The position numbers and the translations under genes were made by a program. From Octopus sinensis (Eukaryota): a stretch of DNA of 64,000 nt. The notes under the pieces were generated by a model. The model saw only the letters and a program-made list of their open reading frames with translations, searched no databases and was not told where the DNA came from. The stretch lies in contig NC_043002.1 in NCBI RefSeq assembly GCF_006345805.1, positions 66,650,001-66,714,000 of the forward strand. The letters are read 5' to 3'. Of the stretch, positions 1-14,144 are shown piece by piece. The first letter of the stretch is position 1, and each line of letters begins with the position of its first letter.

Positions 1-116
1 CATATATATTTATGTACACATATAAATATATATACACATATATAGATACATACATACATACATACATACATACATACATACATACGTACATATATATATA
101 TATGTATGTATCTATC

Positions 117-158
<42 letters not shown>

Positions 159-240
159 TACATATATATATATACATACGTATATATATAGATCCATACA
201 TACATATATATATATATATATGTACAGAGAGAGAGAGAGA
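1..240. repeat. Compound microsatellite (TA)n/(CATA)n/(GA)n
   Basis: Direct reading. Confidence 0.95.
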
Positions 241-469
241 AAGATGAATACAGTTTCATTTCTTTCTGGAAGCAAGAACTGTTTCTCTGACTACCATCTT
301 GTTTAAGCGTCGGTGCCATTCTGATTCTATTCCTGGTTAAATCTGTTCATCGTTCTGTCTGACCAAAAGTAAACATTGGTAACGAGGAACATGTGCTTGT
401 CTCAGATAGAAAACAGAGTTCGTAGACGAATCACGTATATTGTCCGTATTTGGCTAAAGGCCACTCAAG

Positions 470-534
470 AAACGCATGTATATATATACATACATACACA
501 CACATACACACATTATATATATACATGTATGTAT

Positions 535-572
<38 letters not shown>

Positions 573-762
573 GTATATATGTATATACATACACACACAT
601 ACGTAATAGAGTATTAGCTTGCTTGTGTGCCTCTGTGAGTATGTGTGTGTGTATGAGTGGGCGTATTTGTGTGTATGAATGTGTGTGTGTATGTATAAGC
701 GTGCGTGTGTGTGTGTGTGTATGTATGTGTGTATGAGTGTACGAGTGTGTGTGTATGAACAT
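470..762. repeat. Compound (CA)n/(TA)n/(TG)n microsatellite
   Basis: Direct reading. Confidence 0.95.
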
Positions 763-780
763 GTAGATGTGTTGCGCAAT

Positions 781-1080
781 GAAGGTGCGTGGCTTAGTGT
801 TTAGGGTATTCGACCCACGATCGTAAGGTTGTGAGTTCGATACCCGGCGTCGTGTTATATCCTTGAGCACATTTTAATTCACGTTGCTCCAGTCCATTCA
901 GCTGGCGAAAATGCTTAGTACCTGTAATACAAAGGGACCAGCTTTGTTACATTCTGTGTTACACTGAATCTCCCTGAGAACTAAGTTAAGGGTACACGTG
1001 TCTGTGGAGTGCTCAGCCAGTTGCACATTAATTTCACGAGCCGGCTGTTCCCATTGATCGGATCAATTGCAGGGATGCAG
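781..1080 (+). mobile_element. tRNA-derived SINE, family C
   Basis: A box TGGCTTAGTG, B box GAGTTCGATAC, then the ccttgagca...cacgttgctccagtccattcagctg body shared with other copies in the window. Confidence 0.8.
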
Positions 1081-1511
1081 GATATTGGGGGCGAGGGGGC
1101 AGTTGCTCAACAGTTTCGAAAAAATACTATATAAGGTGTGAATCGCAATTCGTAACAAATGGACCCACTTTTATGTATTCGAACTTGGTTTTTAGCAGAC
1201 CATATGCACATCCGTGCCTGCACCTTTTTTTAAAATCTAGATATTAACACCGTTGTCTTTTTCCAGGGAGATATGTGAATAGTATTTCTTCAAGAATACA
1301 ACTCAGTATTAAATTCAAGTACAAAATGCCGACATATTTGACCAGCGTTAAAGTGAAACATATCTCGATAATTGGCCATGACTGACGAGAATATTCTAGA
1401 CGATCAAAAGACCCACTTTCTGTGAATTTTTGGCTTTTATGTGTTTCATGCTGTCTTCAACTATAGCTAGAGATACGGTCATAGTTATCTCTAAATAATA
1501 TTTATATAAAC

Positions 1512-1892
1512 GCAGGAGTGACTGTGTGTTAAGTTTGCTTCCGAACCACATGGTTCCATGTTCAGTCCCACGGCGTGACACCTTGGGCATGTGTCTTCTA
1601 TTATAGCCCCAGGTCGACCAAAGATTTTAAAGTGGATTTAGTAGACGGAATCTGAAAGAAGCTTGTCATGGTGTGGTGTGTGTGTGTGTGTGTGTGTATG
1701 TATTCCCCCGCACCACCGCTTGGCATTCGGTGTTAGTGTGTTTACGCCCCTGTAATTTAGCAGTTCGGCAAAAGACCCGATAGAATAAGCACCAGGCTTA
1801 AAATAAGTACCAGGTTCGATTCGTTCAACCAAAATTCTTCAAGGCGGTGCTTCAGCATGGCCGCAATCTAATGACGAAAAATCAGAAGATAA
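1512..1892 (+). mobile_element. tRNA-derived SINE, family A (CORE-like ccttgggca motif, internal GT microsatellite)
   Basis: Aligns by eye with the intact copies at 32262 and 58761. Confidence 0.85.
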
Positions 1893-2689
1893 ACGATACA
1901 ATTTGATTTCATAGTCTTGGTGTTGAACTGATAGAGTTTTAAGAATGTCGGATGGGATGTCTTGCGGTATTTGATCCGGAACTATGAGCTCGTGTCTTTC
2001 CAAGGTCAGTTTTGTTATTTATCCTTTCGAGAACGATAACTAACACATCATTCAGGTATCGATTCTTCTTCTCTTTCCTCTGCTTTATTTTCCTGAATTG
2101 GCCACGTTGTGCTGTGTGAAGGATCTTGAGGGCCCCCGTCACAACGACCTTTACTCTATAGGCCGAAATGTGTTGAGCAAAGAGCTACTAACTTCTCATA
2201 AAAGAAGATCCATGTGTTACATAAACGAGTCAAGGATGACCCAGTGTACAGTTCATCGCAAAACGGAAATTAAGAAGAAAATATCGTGTTATTAAATTGT
2301 TATCTTTCCTTTTTATACAAAATCTCTTGTAAAAAAATATTTATATACTGAAAAACAAGACATACAATAACTGTATGAGTTGCGTTTTAGTTACGCCTTA
2401 ATCAGTCAATAAGATCTTGAAGTTGCAGGAATCGTGTCCTTCTTCTCATCGCCTTAATTTTTTACATGGGAAAATGAAATGTGTTTAAATGTTTATATAT
2501 TCTGAGTTTAAATATATTCTAAGCAGATTTTAAAGGTTTTACAGATATTACTGGTAGTATGCGACGTGGTTATGTATTATGCAGTTGTGGGAAAAAGCAA
2601 ATAATCTTGAGTGCCCACTCTGCCAGTGAAGACAGACAATGGGATAAAAACGACCTCCATACCGTTTGAAGGCAATATTTTCGTAATTT

Positions 2690-3070
2690 TTAGCACTTTG
2701 GGCGAAATGCTTAGCGGTATTTCGTCTGACGCTACGTTCTGAGTTCAAATTCCGCCGAGGTCGACTTTGCTTTTCATCCTTTCAAGGTCGATAAATTAAG
2801 TACCAGTTACGCACTGGGGTCGATATAATCGACTTAATCCATCTGTCTGTCTTTGTTTGTCCTCTCTGTGTTTAGCCCCTTGTGGGTAGTAAAGAAATAT
2901 GTATTTCGTCTGTCGCTACGTTCTGAGTTCAAATTCCGCCGAGGTCGACTTTACATGTCATCCTTTCGAGGTCGATAAATTAAGTACCAGTTACGTACTG
3001 GGATCGATCTAATCGACTGGCCCCCTCCCCCAAAACTTCGGGCCTTGTGCCTAGAGTAGAAAAGAATATT
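2690..3070 (+). mobile_element. SINE family B, head-to-tail dimer (~184-bp unit)
   Basis: gtatttcgtctg..ctacgttctgagttcaaattccgccgaggtcgact starts at 2717 and again at 2901. Confidence 0.85.
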
Positions 3071-3463
3071 TTTGTAGTTTAAAATTAATGGAAGTAACTC
3101 TGAGTGAGTCATTGAGATAGTGTTGGTGTCTCGCTGCTTCCATGACAATCAACGTTTTTTTTTTCTTTAAGTATAAGTTTGAAAGTTGAGTTAACGGAGA
3201 AGAGTTACAACAAGATGAAATCTCCCAGTGGTTTAAATACACAAATTTCCAATATCCAAGTAGCTAAAAAGTGTAAGCAGAAGGGCATCCAAGAGTCCAT
3301 GACCTGAATGCGGCCCGGCTTCCTCAGAGTGTAGGAAGTTAAGGGCCGTAACATTTGCCTGAGGGGTGTTTCTTCTCTGCAGTATCTGCTGTTTAGCTCT
3401 GTTGAGCGTTTCTTATCAATGTGACTTCTAAAGATATTCTACATTTCCCTGAGGATGCTATCA

Positions 3464-3477
3464 GTCTCCATGGCAAC
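3464..3477. promoter_or_regulatory. Candidate RFX X-box
   Basis: GTCTCCATGGCAAC matches the RFX X-box consensus and lies in non-repetitive DNA. Confidence 0.4.
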
Positions 3478-3506
3478 TTGACTTTTCACACATATGAATC
3501 ATATCC

Positions 3507-3515
3507 TTACGTCAT
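3507..3515 (-). promoter_or_regulatory. Candidate CRE/ATF-type bZIP site
   Basis: TTACGTCAT (reverse complement ATGACGTAA), 30 bp from the X-box. Confidence 0.25.
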
Positions 3516-4789
3516 AGGCGCTTCGTGCAAGACCTGTTCTCCGTGAACAGACACCTGAAAAGCATCCTACAATAAGGACATAAGGAGACATGAAAGCGAA
3601 GTCCGATTCAATAGCGCCAAGTCTTAATCATAGCCATTACATGTATCAACGCAGCAGAATTAACCACACTACGCCTGCAGCAGATAAACGGTACACAGAG
3701 TCCTCAAATTCGTTGATAATTATGACGGATTCTTAAACAGGGACACCTACAAATATGTGTGTTTGTGTGCAGGCGCATTTGTGTGTGCCTGTGTGCGCGC
3801 GCGTATATGTGCATGTGTGTGTTTATTAAAATTCTACAAGCAAAAGATTGGCAATGACTTCGAAGTTTCGACTTGATGCCTTCGTCAGACAGTCAGTCCG
3901 ATGGAGTTGAGCAAGCCGTTTATTAATAAACAAGCACTATTATTTAAGGGTAGGTCGTTTTTATATAATAACTTGACATAATAACGAGACATAAATACAC
4001 ATATATACACCCCCATACACATACACTCACACACAACCACCCACACACATATACACACACAAGGTACATACTGATCGAACCTGCTCAGAATTAGGCTAAA
4101 TGTTACATGTACTAATCTTTTGTGAAACGATTCAATTATTATATCCACACTTCGTTATTATTGCAACCGCACTCTCCATCAAAGGGAGCCCCCTTAAGCA
4201 GTGGATGGGAGTACAACCCATTTATCTCAATGAATGAAGATAATCTAATTTTTTTTTTCCTGTTAGAGTTTATACGTTTCCGACGATGTGAATAAATGTT
4301 AGAAATTTTCGGAGCTGATTTAGTTATTTCGGGGTTTTTTTATGAAGATGATTTGCATCAGTCAACATCAATGGTTGAGATAAGGGATGGGATGTTAGGA
4401 ATCCACTTCTGTTAATAGTAATATCACACACACACACACACACACACCACACACACACACACACCATGCACGTACGCACACACATAGATGTTTAAACTCA
4501 TAACTATACGTAGTTCGTTGCAAAATCTTATGCATATTCAACACCTGACATCATTGGTACATAGAGTGTATTCATTATTACACGGAGTACACACGTGGAT
4601 ACAGACGCAAGCACGTACGCACGCACTTACGCACTTACGCACGCACATACAGATAGAGAGAGAGGGGGGAGAAAGAGAGAGAAAAAGAGACAGAGAGAGT
4701 TGTTTATACGCTAAGGTATAAGTATAGGCAAACTTTTACATAATCAGATTACACACAAAGATAATGCAAATAGAATTCAAATTAACTAT

Positions 4790-4883
4790 ATACTGCATAT
4801 ATATATATATATAACCTTCAGTATAGATATATATATACATACATGTATGTATGTATATATATATATATATAGATGTATGTATG

Positions 4884-4925
<42 letters not shown>

Positions 4926-5492
4926 ATAATATATAGATATATAATATATGATATATAATATATATGATATATATATATATGATATATACTAAGCAATAAG
5001 GTTCAGCAACGAATTGCCTTACCACATACCGAATTTAGAAAATAGCAGTCAAAGGGTTATAGCTATTTCTTCTACTAAAAAGGGAGATCTCAGTTAAAAA
5101 CAGCAATTGGATATTATATATATATGTTATATATATATATATGTTATATCATATATATGATATATATATATATATAGTATATATATATATTATAATATAT
5201 ATATATCATATATATATTTCTTTTATATACATATATATATATAACTACCTCTATATATATATATGTTATATATATATATAATATATATGATATAATAATA
5301 TATATGATATATATATATATATGATATTATATATATGTTATATATATTGTTATATATATTATATATGTTATATATATTATTGATATATATAATTATATAT
5401 TATAGTTATATATATATATATATTTCTTATATACATATATATATAACTACCTCTCTATGCACACACATTCAAACATACATAAGTACATGATA

Positions 5493-5571
<79 letters not shown>

Positions 5572-5810
5572 CACACACACATATAATATGTGAGATATAA
5601 TATATAGATATCTCTATGCCCACGAATTTAAACATGCATACGTGCATACATATATGCATGCGCATATAAACATATACATACATACACGCATACCCACACA
5701 TATCCCTACATATGTATACCCTCATATACACCTCACATATACAACACACATGCATATATTCATACATGCATATATAATATATACACATACATGCAATGCA
5801 TACTCTCTAC
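4790..5810. repeat. Large degenerate (TA)n-rich block with a short interspersed segment at ~4990-5110
   Basis: Direct reading. Confidence 0.9.
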
Positions 5811-6317
5811 ACTCGTAAATTCACTAAGCAATTACTTCACGCCTTTGCTCTCTCACACGCGCGCGTGTGTGTGTGTATGACCGTTTGCGTAAGTGTATGT
5901 GTGTGTGCGTGTGTATCAACAATATCATGAATTTTGATGCGCTAAATTGAGAAAATGCCAAAACGAAAGTAAAGGAAAACATTCCAGTATAGTAATAGTA
6001 GCATCGCATCATAACATTATTCGGTGATGGAGAATTTTTTCTGAAAAGCATCTTTTAAAATTTTATTCATTTCGCGTATCGTGTAAAGACGTTTGCCAGT
6101 TTTGGCGGTAAGCTCCTCGTGGTGTGTCTACGGAACTTGCTACGGTTATCATGTTGTGTGCTACTATATTGATTTATTCCAGTTCTACGTATGTAAATTA
6201 TAAGTAACGGCTCGCTGATCCAATACAGCTTTCGTTAGAATTTCATTGCTGCCATCAAGCCATATACATACATACATACATACATTAATACATACATACC
6301 ATACATACATACATACA

Positions 6318-6348
<31 letters not shown>

Positions 6349-6975
6349 GATACTCTAATGTTGTCATCTGTGTGTCCGTTTATTTACAGCGTTGACGCTG
6401 TGCAAAATTCTTCTTATGCACCAACGATTTCTGTGCCTATATTGGCCATTCCAGCATAAGCATTTGGCTTTCTTCAAGAGCCCACCTACGGATTTCAGGT
6501 ATCCTTGTCATGAAATGATTCCTGGTCACTATCTCTGTCTCTGATTCTGACTCTCTCCCCATCTCTCTCTATTTAAGTTCCCCTTCTCTGTTTTTTTTTT
6601 TTTGCCTCTCCACCACAATAAAGATATCTAGCGACAAAAATGTCACAAACATCTGCAATATTTTCTGATATGAAAATTTAAATTCGATCAGTTCTATTGA
6701 TAGGGATGTACTATTTTCATCAGGATCATAGAGTTATTTCGAGCCCTGTTTTATGTATCACTCCGCATATCAAGTAATATACTTAAGAAGGTCACCAAAT
6801 AAATGTACTAAATATAAATATGCAATGTGTTTTCCTAGAAATATTTGATGTTTTCATCCATTTCGTCTGATTAATTGTGTAATTGTGTAATAAACTAAAC
6901 AGTTAAGCCAAATGTAACAATTAAGTTTCTCTCTCTCTCTTCTTTCATATATATATATTATATATATATATACAC

Positions 6976-7021
<46 letters not shown>

Positions 7022-7039
7022 ATATATATATATATATAT

Positions 7040-7075
<36 letters not shown>

Positions 7076-7339
7076 CATACATATATATATGTATGTATGT
7101 ATGTATGTATGATGTATGTATGTATTGTGCACCGAATAAATGGCAGGAAGAAAATTATCAATTGGTCGATGAGAAGGCGGCTATTCTTGGGTCGGTAGTT
7201 ACCAAGTATAACGATGCTATACTGCAAACGAATAAGAGGTAGAAGAAATATCATTACACACACACACACGAACATGTATATATATATACAAAGTGACGAA
7301 CTGACAGATTCGCTACCAGGCTGGGAGTAAATTCAAAGA

Positions 7340-7490
7340 GGCATTGCGTTCATCCTTACGTTCTGAGTTCAAATCTCGCCGAGGTTGGCTTTGCCTTTCA
7401 TCATTTCGTAGTAGATAAAATAAGTACCAGTTCAGCACTGGGGAAAATGAAATCTACCAGCTCACCGTCTCCAAATTTCAGGCCAACCAC
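7340..7490 (+). mobile_element. SINE family B, degenerate
   Basis: ttacgttctgagttcaaatctcgccgagg...gataaaataagtaccag. Confidence 0.75.
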
Positions 7491-7501
7491 CTATATATTA
7501 T

Positions 7502-7880
7502 AGGCGCAAGAGTGGCTGTGTGGTAAGTAGCTTGGTTTCGGGTTCAGTCCCACTGCGTGGCACCTTGGCCAAGTGTCTTCTACTATGTCATCGGATGTGG
7601 TAGACGGAAACTGAAAGAAGCCTGTCGTGTATATATATATATATATATACGACGGGTTTCTTGTATATGTATATGTTTGTGTGTCTGTATTTGTCCCCGC
7701 ACAATTGCTTGGCAACTGAAGGTGGTGCGTTTATGTCCCCGTAACTTAGCAGTTCAGCAAAAGAGTTCCGATAGAATAAGTGCTCGGCTTACAAAGAATA
7801 AGTCCTGGGGTCGATCTGTTCGACTAAAGGCGGTGCTTCAGCATGGCTGCAGTCAAATGACTGAAACAAATAAAAGAATA
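7502..7880 (+). mobile_element. SINE family A
   Basis: aggcgcaagagtggctgtgtggtaagtagc head through the tgactgaaacaaataaaag tail. Confidence 0.85.
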
Positions 7881-7922
7881 TACATATATATATATATAAA
7901 TATACATACATACATACATACA

Positions 7923-7958
<36 letters not shown>

Positions 7959-8129
7959 TATATATCTCAAAAATAGCGTTCGTAATACTTTATCTCGTTC
8001 GGCTTAACAGCCCTTCTCGTCTTGTTATTCTCCTTGTCCTGTCTTTTACTGTTTATATTTTGTACTGTCGTTACTGTCCTGTTTTTGTTACCATTTTTAC
8101 CCCTCCGCAAAAAGATCTCAAATTTTATT

Positions 8130-8400
8130 TAATTTGCTTTTCGCGGGAAGGAAAGTTTCTATCGATGATGCGTATCGCCTTCACCTTCGAAACGCAGAGC
8201 AGATGAAACCATGGTGACTGAAGAAGGGAAATTTTCTTTGTGTTATTTGTCCTGTACTCTATTTTTTCGTTGTTTAAGAAAACTGTCCAGTTCCTTGGCT
8301 TTGTGCTTATGTTTTCGTTTCTCATTGTGTTCGACGTTCTTTTGGTGTCCTGTACCCATATATGCATGTATATATACATGTAGATGTAGATACTACATAT
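8130..8400 (+). mobile_element. Short (TA)n-associated dispersed repeat P3, probably PLE-derived
   Basis: Near-identical inverted copy at 22118-22330; 3' end runs into (TA)n. Confidence 0.6.
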
Positions 8401-8426
8401 ATGTATGTATATGCATATGTTTTATT

Positions 8427-8524
<98 letters not shown>

Positions 8525-8525
<1 letters not shown>

Positions 8526-8830
8526 TACATAAATGTGTAATGGTGTCTGCTTCTGTGTTTGTCGGGGTTATATCCTAACACCTCCCAAACCGTCCGACCG
8601 ATTTTAATGATTTTAGCACATACGTAGATCACATGCCCTGAAGTTCAAATAAGGCCGTAATTTTTCGAAAACTCGTTAATGCTCAGTTGGTATCGATTTT
8701 TGTGAGCTCAATCCGGTGTCTGAATGGAAATTCCCATAACGATGTTATTTTTCCTGCAGCTTTTGCATTTTTTCACGTGTAAAATTTCAACAAAATCGAT
8801 AGAATACTCTCTAAGGAAATGTTTATTTAC
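8525..8830 (+). mobile_element. Helitron-like 5' fragment
   Basis: tata..aaatg..tgtctg..aaaccgtccgaccgattttaatga resembles the 5' part of the Helitron at 35470 (ctttcaaccgattctgatgaaa). Confidence 0.4.
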
Positions 8831-9359
8831 ATTTGTGTTCTCTTCAAGCCCACTTGAATTAGATAAACACCTTATGCATCAACACCATCACAGACTTGAT
8901 CTACGTTTCAAATTTCATCTAAATAGCTGCCACGGGGAACGTAGAAGATTTCAATACAAGGTCAGAGCTATTCATTCATCCCACTCTTCGTTCTTTCTTC
9001 CCCCCGTCACAATTCTTTGCCTTTCTTACTCACTTTTCACTTCACTATATCCCTGTCTCTTTTTTCTCGCAACTCCTTAATTCTTCTGTCCATCTGCTGC
9101 TACAACACTCTTTGTCTCTCTTTCTCTCTCCCATTCCCCCCTTTAATTCTTGTATTCCTCTTTTCCTCTCTCCTCTCTTCTCACGTGACTGAGAGGCCAG
9201 ACTGCTAGCTATCTTTTTGCGTTTGACTGTGGTCACTGCTACATCGATATTCTTCCCTGTGTTCGTGAATGTTTTGTATCGCTGCCGTAAGGCTTCATTT
9301 CCACACACGCCAGCTGAATTCAATTCGTCCCCAGTCGAAAGACACCTGTTGTTATGTCC

Positions 9360-9394
9360 TGTTATTATTATTATTTTTATCATCATCATCATCA

Positions 9395-9435
<41 letters not shown>

Positions 9436-9439
9436 GTTA

Positions 9440-9495
<56 letters not shown>

Positions 9496-9505
9496 TATTA
9501 TTATT
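9360..9505. repeat. (ATT)n/(ATC)n microsatellite
   Basis: Direct reading. Confidence 0.95.
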
Positions 9506-9752
9506 AGTTGTATTTTTGTATTTATATTCGTGTAACATCGTCTGTTTTTCCGTCCTTGTTTTCGTATACATTCGATGCTTTTTTCCCAAGGAAACTAATG
9601 CTCTTAGCGTTTTTTTCCTTGGGGCTGGCTAGATGTTTTTTTGTATCGTCTATCTGGATGATTTGTTGTCCTTTTCGTATTACCTAGTTTGTCCGATGTT
9701 TTGCGTTCTTGTCCCATTTTGTAATATATATATATATATATATCTATATACA

Positions 9753-9817
<65 letters not shown>

Positions 9818-9865
9818 GTAATATTTTATATGTATATATATATATGTTATTATGTATGTATGTAT

Positions 9866-10055
9866 CGCGTGTGTATCGTTGGCGATTTTCTCTCTCCGTC
9901 TTCCCTTCTTTGAACTTTTTTCTATATTTCTGATGAAGAGCTCCGCTCGAAACGTGAAATCCTCTTCTTTTCTTTCCTTCCTGAGCGTCCAATAACACTG
10001 TACTTTTTCACGTCCTCGCGTTGTGTTTGTTTTTCTTGCTTGTTCACGTTTGGAT

Positions 10056-10060
<5 letters not shown>
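9866..10060 (+). mobile_element. Short HHR-bearing PLE-derived repeat, family P1
   Basis: Copies at 15617 and 26599; each ends in ggattaactat followed by a microsatellite. Confidence 0.75.
9926..9960 (+). ncRNA. Minimal type I hammerhead-like motif (cleavage triplet GUG, probably inactive)
   Basis: ATTT-CTGATGA-A-GAGC(TCC)GCTC-GAAA-CGT-G-AAAT. Confidence 0.55.
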
Positions 10061-10095
<35 letters not shown>

Positions 10096-10101
10096 TAATA
10101 T

Positions 10102-10132
<31 letters not shown>

Positions 10133-11003
10133 ATTTATACATATATATATATAGATAGATAGATAGATAGATAGATATACATACATACATACATACACAT
10201 GTATACGACAGGTTTCCACACGGTTTCTGTCAAGCAAATTCCCTTATGACCCGGAGCTATAGTTCAAGACACGTACGTGCGTATGTATGTATTATGCATG
10301 TACGTATGGATGCTTCCAACAAAGATACAAGGCTCCATCTTTGGGATGTAGTTAACACGGAAAAATTCACATTTGGAACTTGAGAATAGTCTTGCATATT
10401 TTCACTGTTCCACTCACATATTGCACTTGTAATGTATGTATGTATGCAGGCATGCATGTATGTATGTATGCATGCATGTATGTATGTATGTATGTATGTA
10501 TGTATGTATGTATTGCATGCATGGCTATGTTGAATGTATATTGTAGCACTGCTCAAGCAGAACGACACGAAACTAAATTAGACCACCACCAAGGTGGCGG
10601 CGGCGACAGCGACGAACCAGCTCTTCTGGCAATGTTTCTCACTGTAGACTGACATCTTATCAAAATGAAGGTTCATCTATCAATTACCAACAACAGTGAA
10701 AGATCTAGCCTTAAACACCGACTTTTATGAACACTTTACATTTACTGCAACTATTATTTACATTGGAACAATATAATGTTGTATAACAATTCAGAAAACA
10801 ACAGCATAGCATAGCATAGCATGGCATAACAAATCAGGTTTATATAATAAACTGAAAATGAGCCTTAATGATCAACGATGTGTAACTGATTAATAAATAG
10901 CGGTAGACGATAAAAAAAAACCAGCCGAAATAAATGAGTTCATATCTGCAGTGAATCTGGTGTTGTTTGATATTTGCTAATCATACAGGAATAACATAAA
11001 TAA

Positions 11004-11035
<32 letters not shown>

Positions 11036-11159
11036 ATGATAGTAGGGAAGAAAGAAACGAAGATATATTTTGAAATGTTATTAAAATAGAAATAATGTAT
11101 TATCCTTCCTTTGATCTAGTCACGGTAAACTATTTGTTGACCAAGCTTCCTGAGATACA

Positions 11160-11960
<801 letters not shown>

Positions 11961-13689
11961 AGAGAGAAAGAGAGACTTTTGAGATCAAATTCTGCTGAAG
12001 TCAATTTTACCTTTTATTCCTATAAGGTCGATGAATTAAAATATTAGTCATGTACTGGATACTATTTAATTGATAAATTCTTCCTGTTCAAATTGCTGGA
12101 CTTACAGTATATCTAAGTTTTAAATCATTGTATATATTTAAGTACTGATTCCTAAATGATGGAAGTTGAACCTGACAACTAAAATACTGAATTAAAAACA
12201 CTGAGCTTCTAACAACTGTCCAATCATAGACTCATTCACCACAACAATGCTTAACCCTCTTGGTCGTTGGAATAGGGTCGAAAACCGAAATGGCTTCCCA
12301 TTAACTTAAGCCCGGCACGTTGGACGATTTTATCGACTCAAAGGAAAAGCTAATCAACTTGGTTGTAATTAGCTTTGATGGAGTGGGGTCGTATAACTTC
12401 CCGTTGAGTGCAGTAATTAATTGTACTACATGATTAACAGGAGCCTCATCAAATTTACAGTATGGGGTTCAAATCCTACCGGGGGCAAGTCAAGCAACAA
12501 CAACAACAATATTGTAAGATAGAAATCAAAACGTAGAAAGTAAAAGTGTCAGAAAAACAAAGCAAAAAACGAAAACCTGGAGTTGTTTAGTTGACAGACG
12601 TAGTGAATAGCGATGAATCATATCGGAAACAAACGATATCTCCATATCTGTGACACACGACAAAGAATTTAGGTAAGTTACAATGCTTTTATTCTTGAAA
12701 TGTCCTTCATCAAGAAATCTTGGTTCTATTGTCTAAAAAGTAAATATTTTTGTTATGCGTTTTTGACGAGAATAAGGAAGTAGTTGACATTAGCGAAATT
12801 TTAATTGACGTCACTCGTATGATTATCTGTATTCAGTTCTGTACATAAAAGGCTATTTATATGCAATTGCATTTAGCATTAAAACGCATGCATATAACGG
12901 TCTGTACATGCCTATGTATGTTTGTATGCGGGATATATTTAGAAATTTAGATATGCCCTACTTTTTCAAAGAGACTGAGAAGTCTGACGATGCTTTTTGT
13001 TAAACAAAATTCAAGGACATCTAAGAAAAGGACTACGCATATTCTTCACCAACCATCGGCAGCTGATTATAACCGAAGTAGAACAGCCTAAAGCAAATTC
13101 ACTCATCTAACAAATGATTTTTTTAGATAAGCGCAAGATGTCAGATTTATAGGGAAAGGGGATATGAAATCATAGGAGGTTGATACCGCTCTCAAAAGTA
13201 CTAACGTTATAAGTTGGAATCAAAATCGGGGCGCAGCCTCGTTTTGACAAGAGCTTACTTCTACACCCGATGCCCATTATATTCGACATAAAGATGATTG
13301 ACAACATAAGCACCTACTTACAGGCTGATTATTATATTAGAAATAACCCCGTAAAAAACAAATGAAATAGGGATACATCTCTGGTAGCAATAACAAACAC
13401 TGAGAAAATAGACACTTATCGCATATTGAAAAAAAAAACATTGTAAAATTATGATAGCAACAGACATTATTACAGATAGTATAATATATAGTATAGTAGA
13501 AGCAACCGCCGTCACTCGTGTCGATTGGTAACATGCATCATGTTTTTACAAATTATTTTAGGTGCCTGTATAGTCGCCAATAAACATAAATGCATTCTCG
13601 GATTCCTTCACTTATGAACCAGAATAAGATAAAAATGAAACAGCGAGAGGGAGAGCGAGAGCGCTGCAGCAACACCCGGATGATATTCG

Positions 13690-13815
13690 GTACAGCTGGT
13701 CAACCGGAGTAACGTGAAATGAATTGCCTTGTCCAAGAACACAGCACCCGATCCAGAAATTGAACCTACAAGCTTAGGATCATGAGCCAGACATCTTAAC
13801 TATTAGATCATACAT
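13690..13815 (-). mobile_element. SINE family C, degenerate 5' half
   Basis: ggagtaacgtgaaatgaattgccttgtccaagaacacagc matches the reverse complement of the family C body. Confidence 0.6.
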
Positions 13816-14144
13816 TTTCACCACAAAAAATACTACGCAGATAATTGCATTGAACGCAACAACCGTAACATCATGAATGGCAGTATAACTATTAACCTTC
13901 TAAAGCCGTGAGTTTGCTTTAGCAGGCGACATTTCTTTTGACTATGCCCCTGGAAGGCGTAAAAGCGGACGGTTACATGGTTTTTTGGTTTCTCCTCACC
14001 CCGAGCGGATAAATCTTTCGCCTTTTACTAAAGATGAAAAATAACGATGCTTTGGTCAATTGTCGAGCCGTAATCACGAAATCATGTGACCGTCCACTTT
14101 TGTGTTTCCAAAAGTATAATCAAACGAAATCACGTTCGTTAAAA

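Noticed and set aside
1916-2005. Apparent exon with AG acceptor and AG|GTCAGT donor
   Set aside because: Stops in all three frames; it could only be a UTR exon and cannot be supported.
2534-2670. Frame ending ILSAHSASEDRQW, reminiscent of a PH-domain helix
   Set aside because: Too short, no convincing donor, and a stop follows; chance is likely.
10570-10650. GC-rich patch encoding a hydrophobic C-terminus on the minus strand (KSWFVAVAAATLVVV*)
   Set aside because: No recognisable homology and no upstream exons found.
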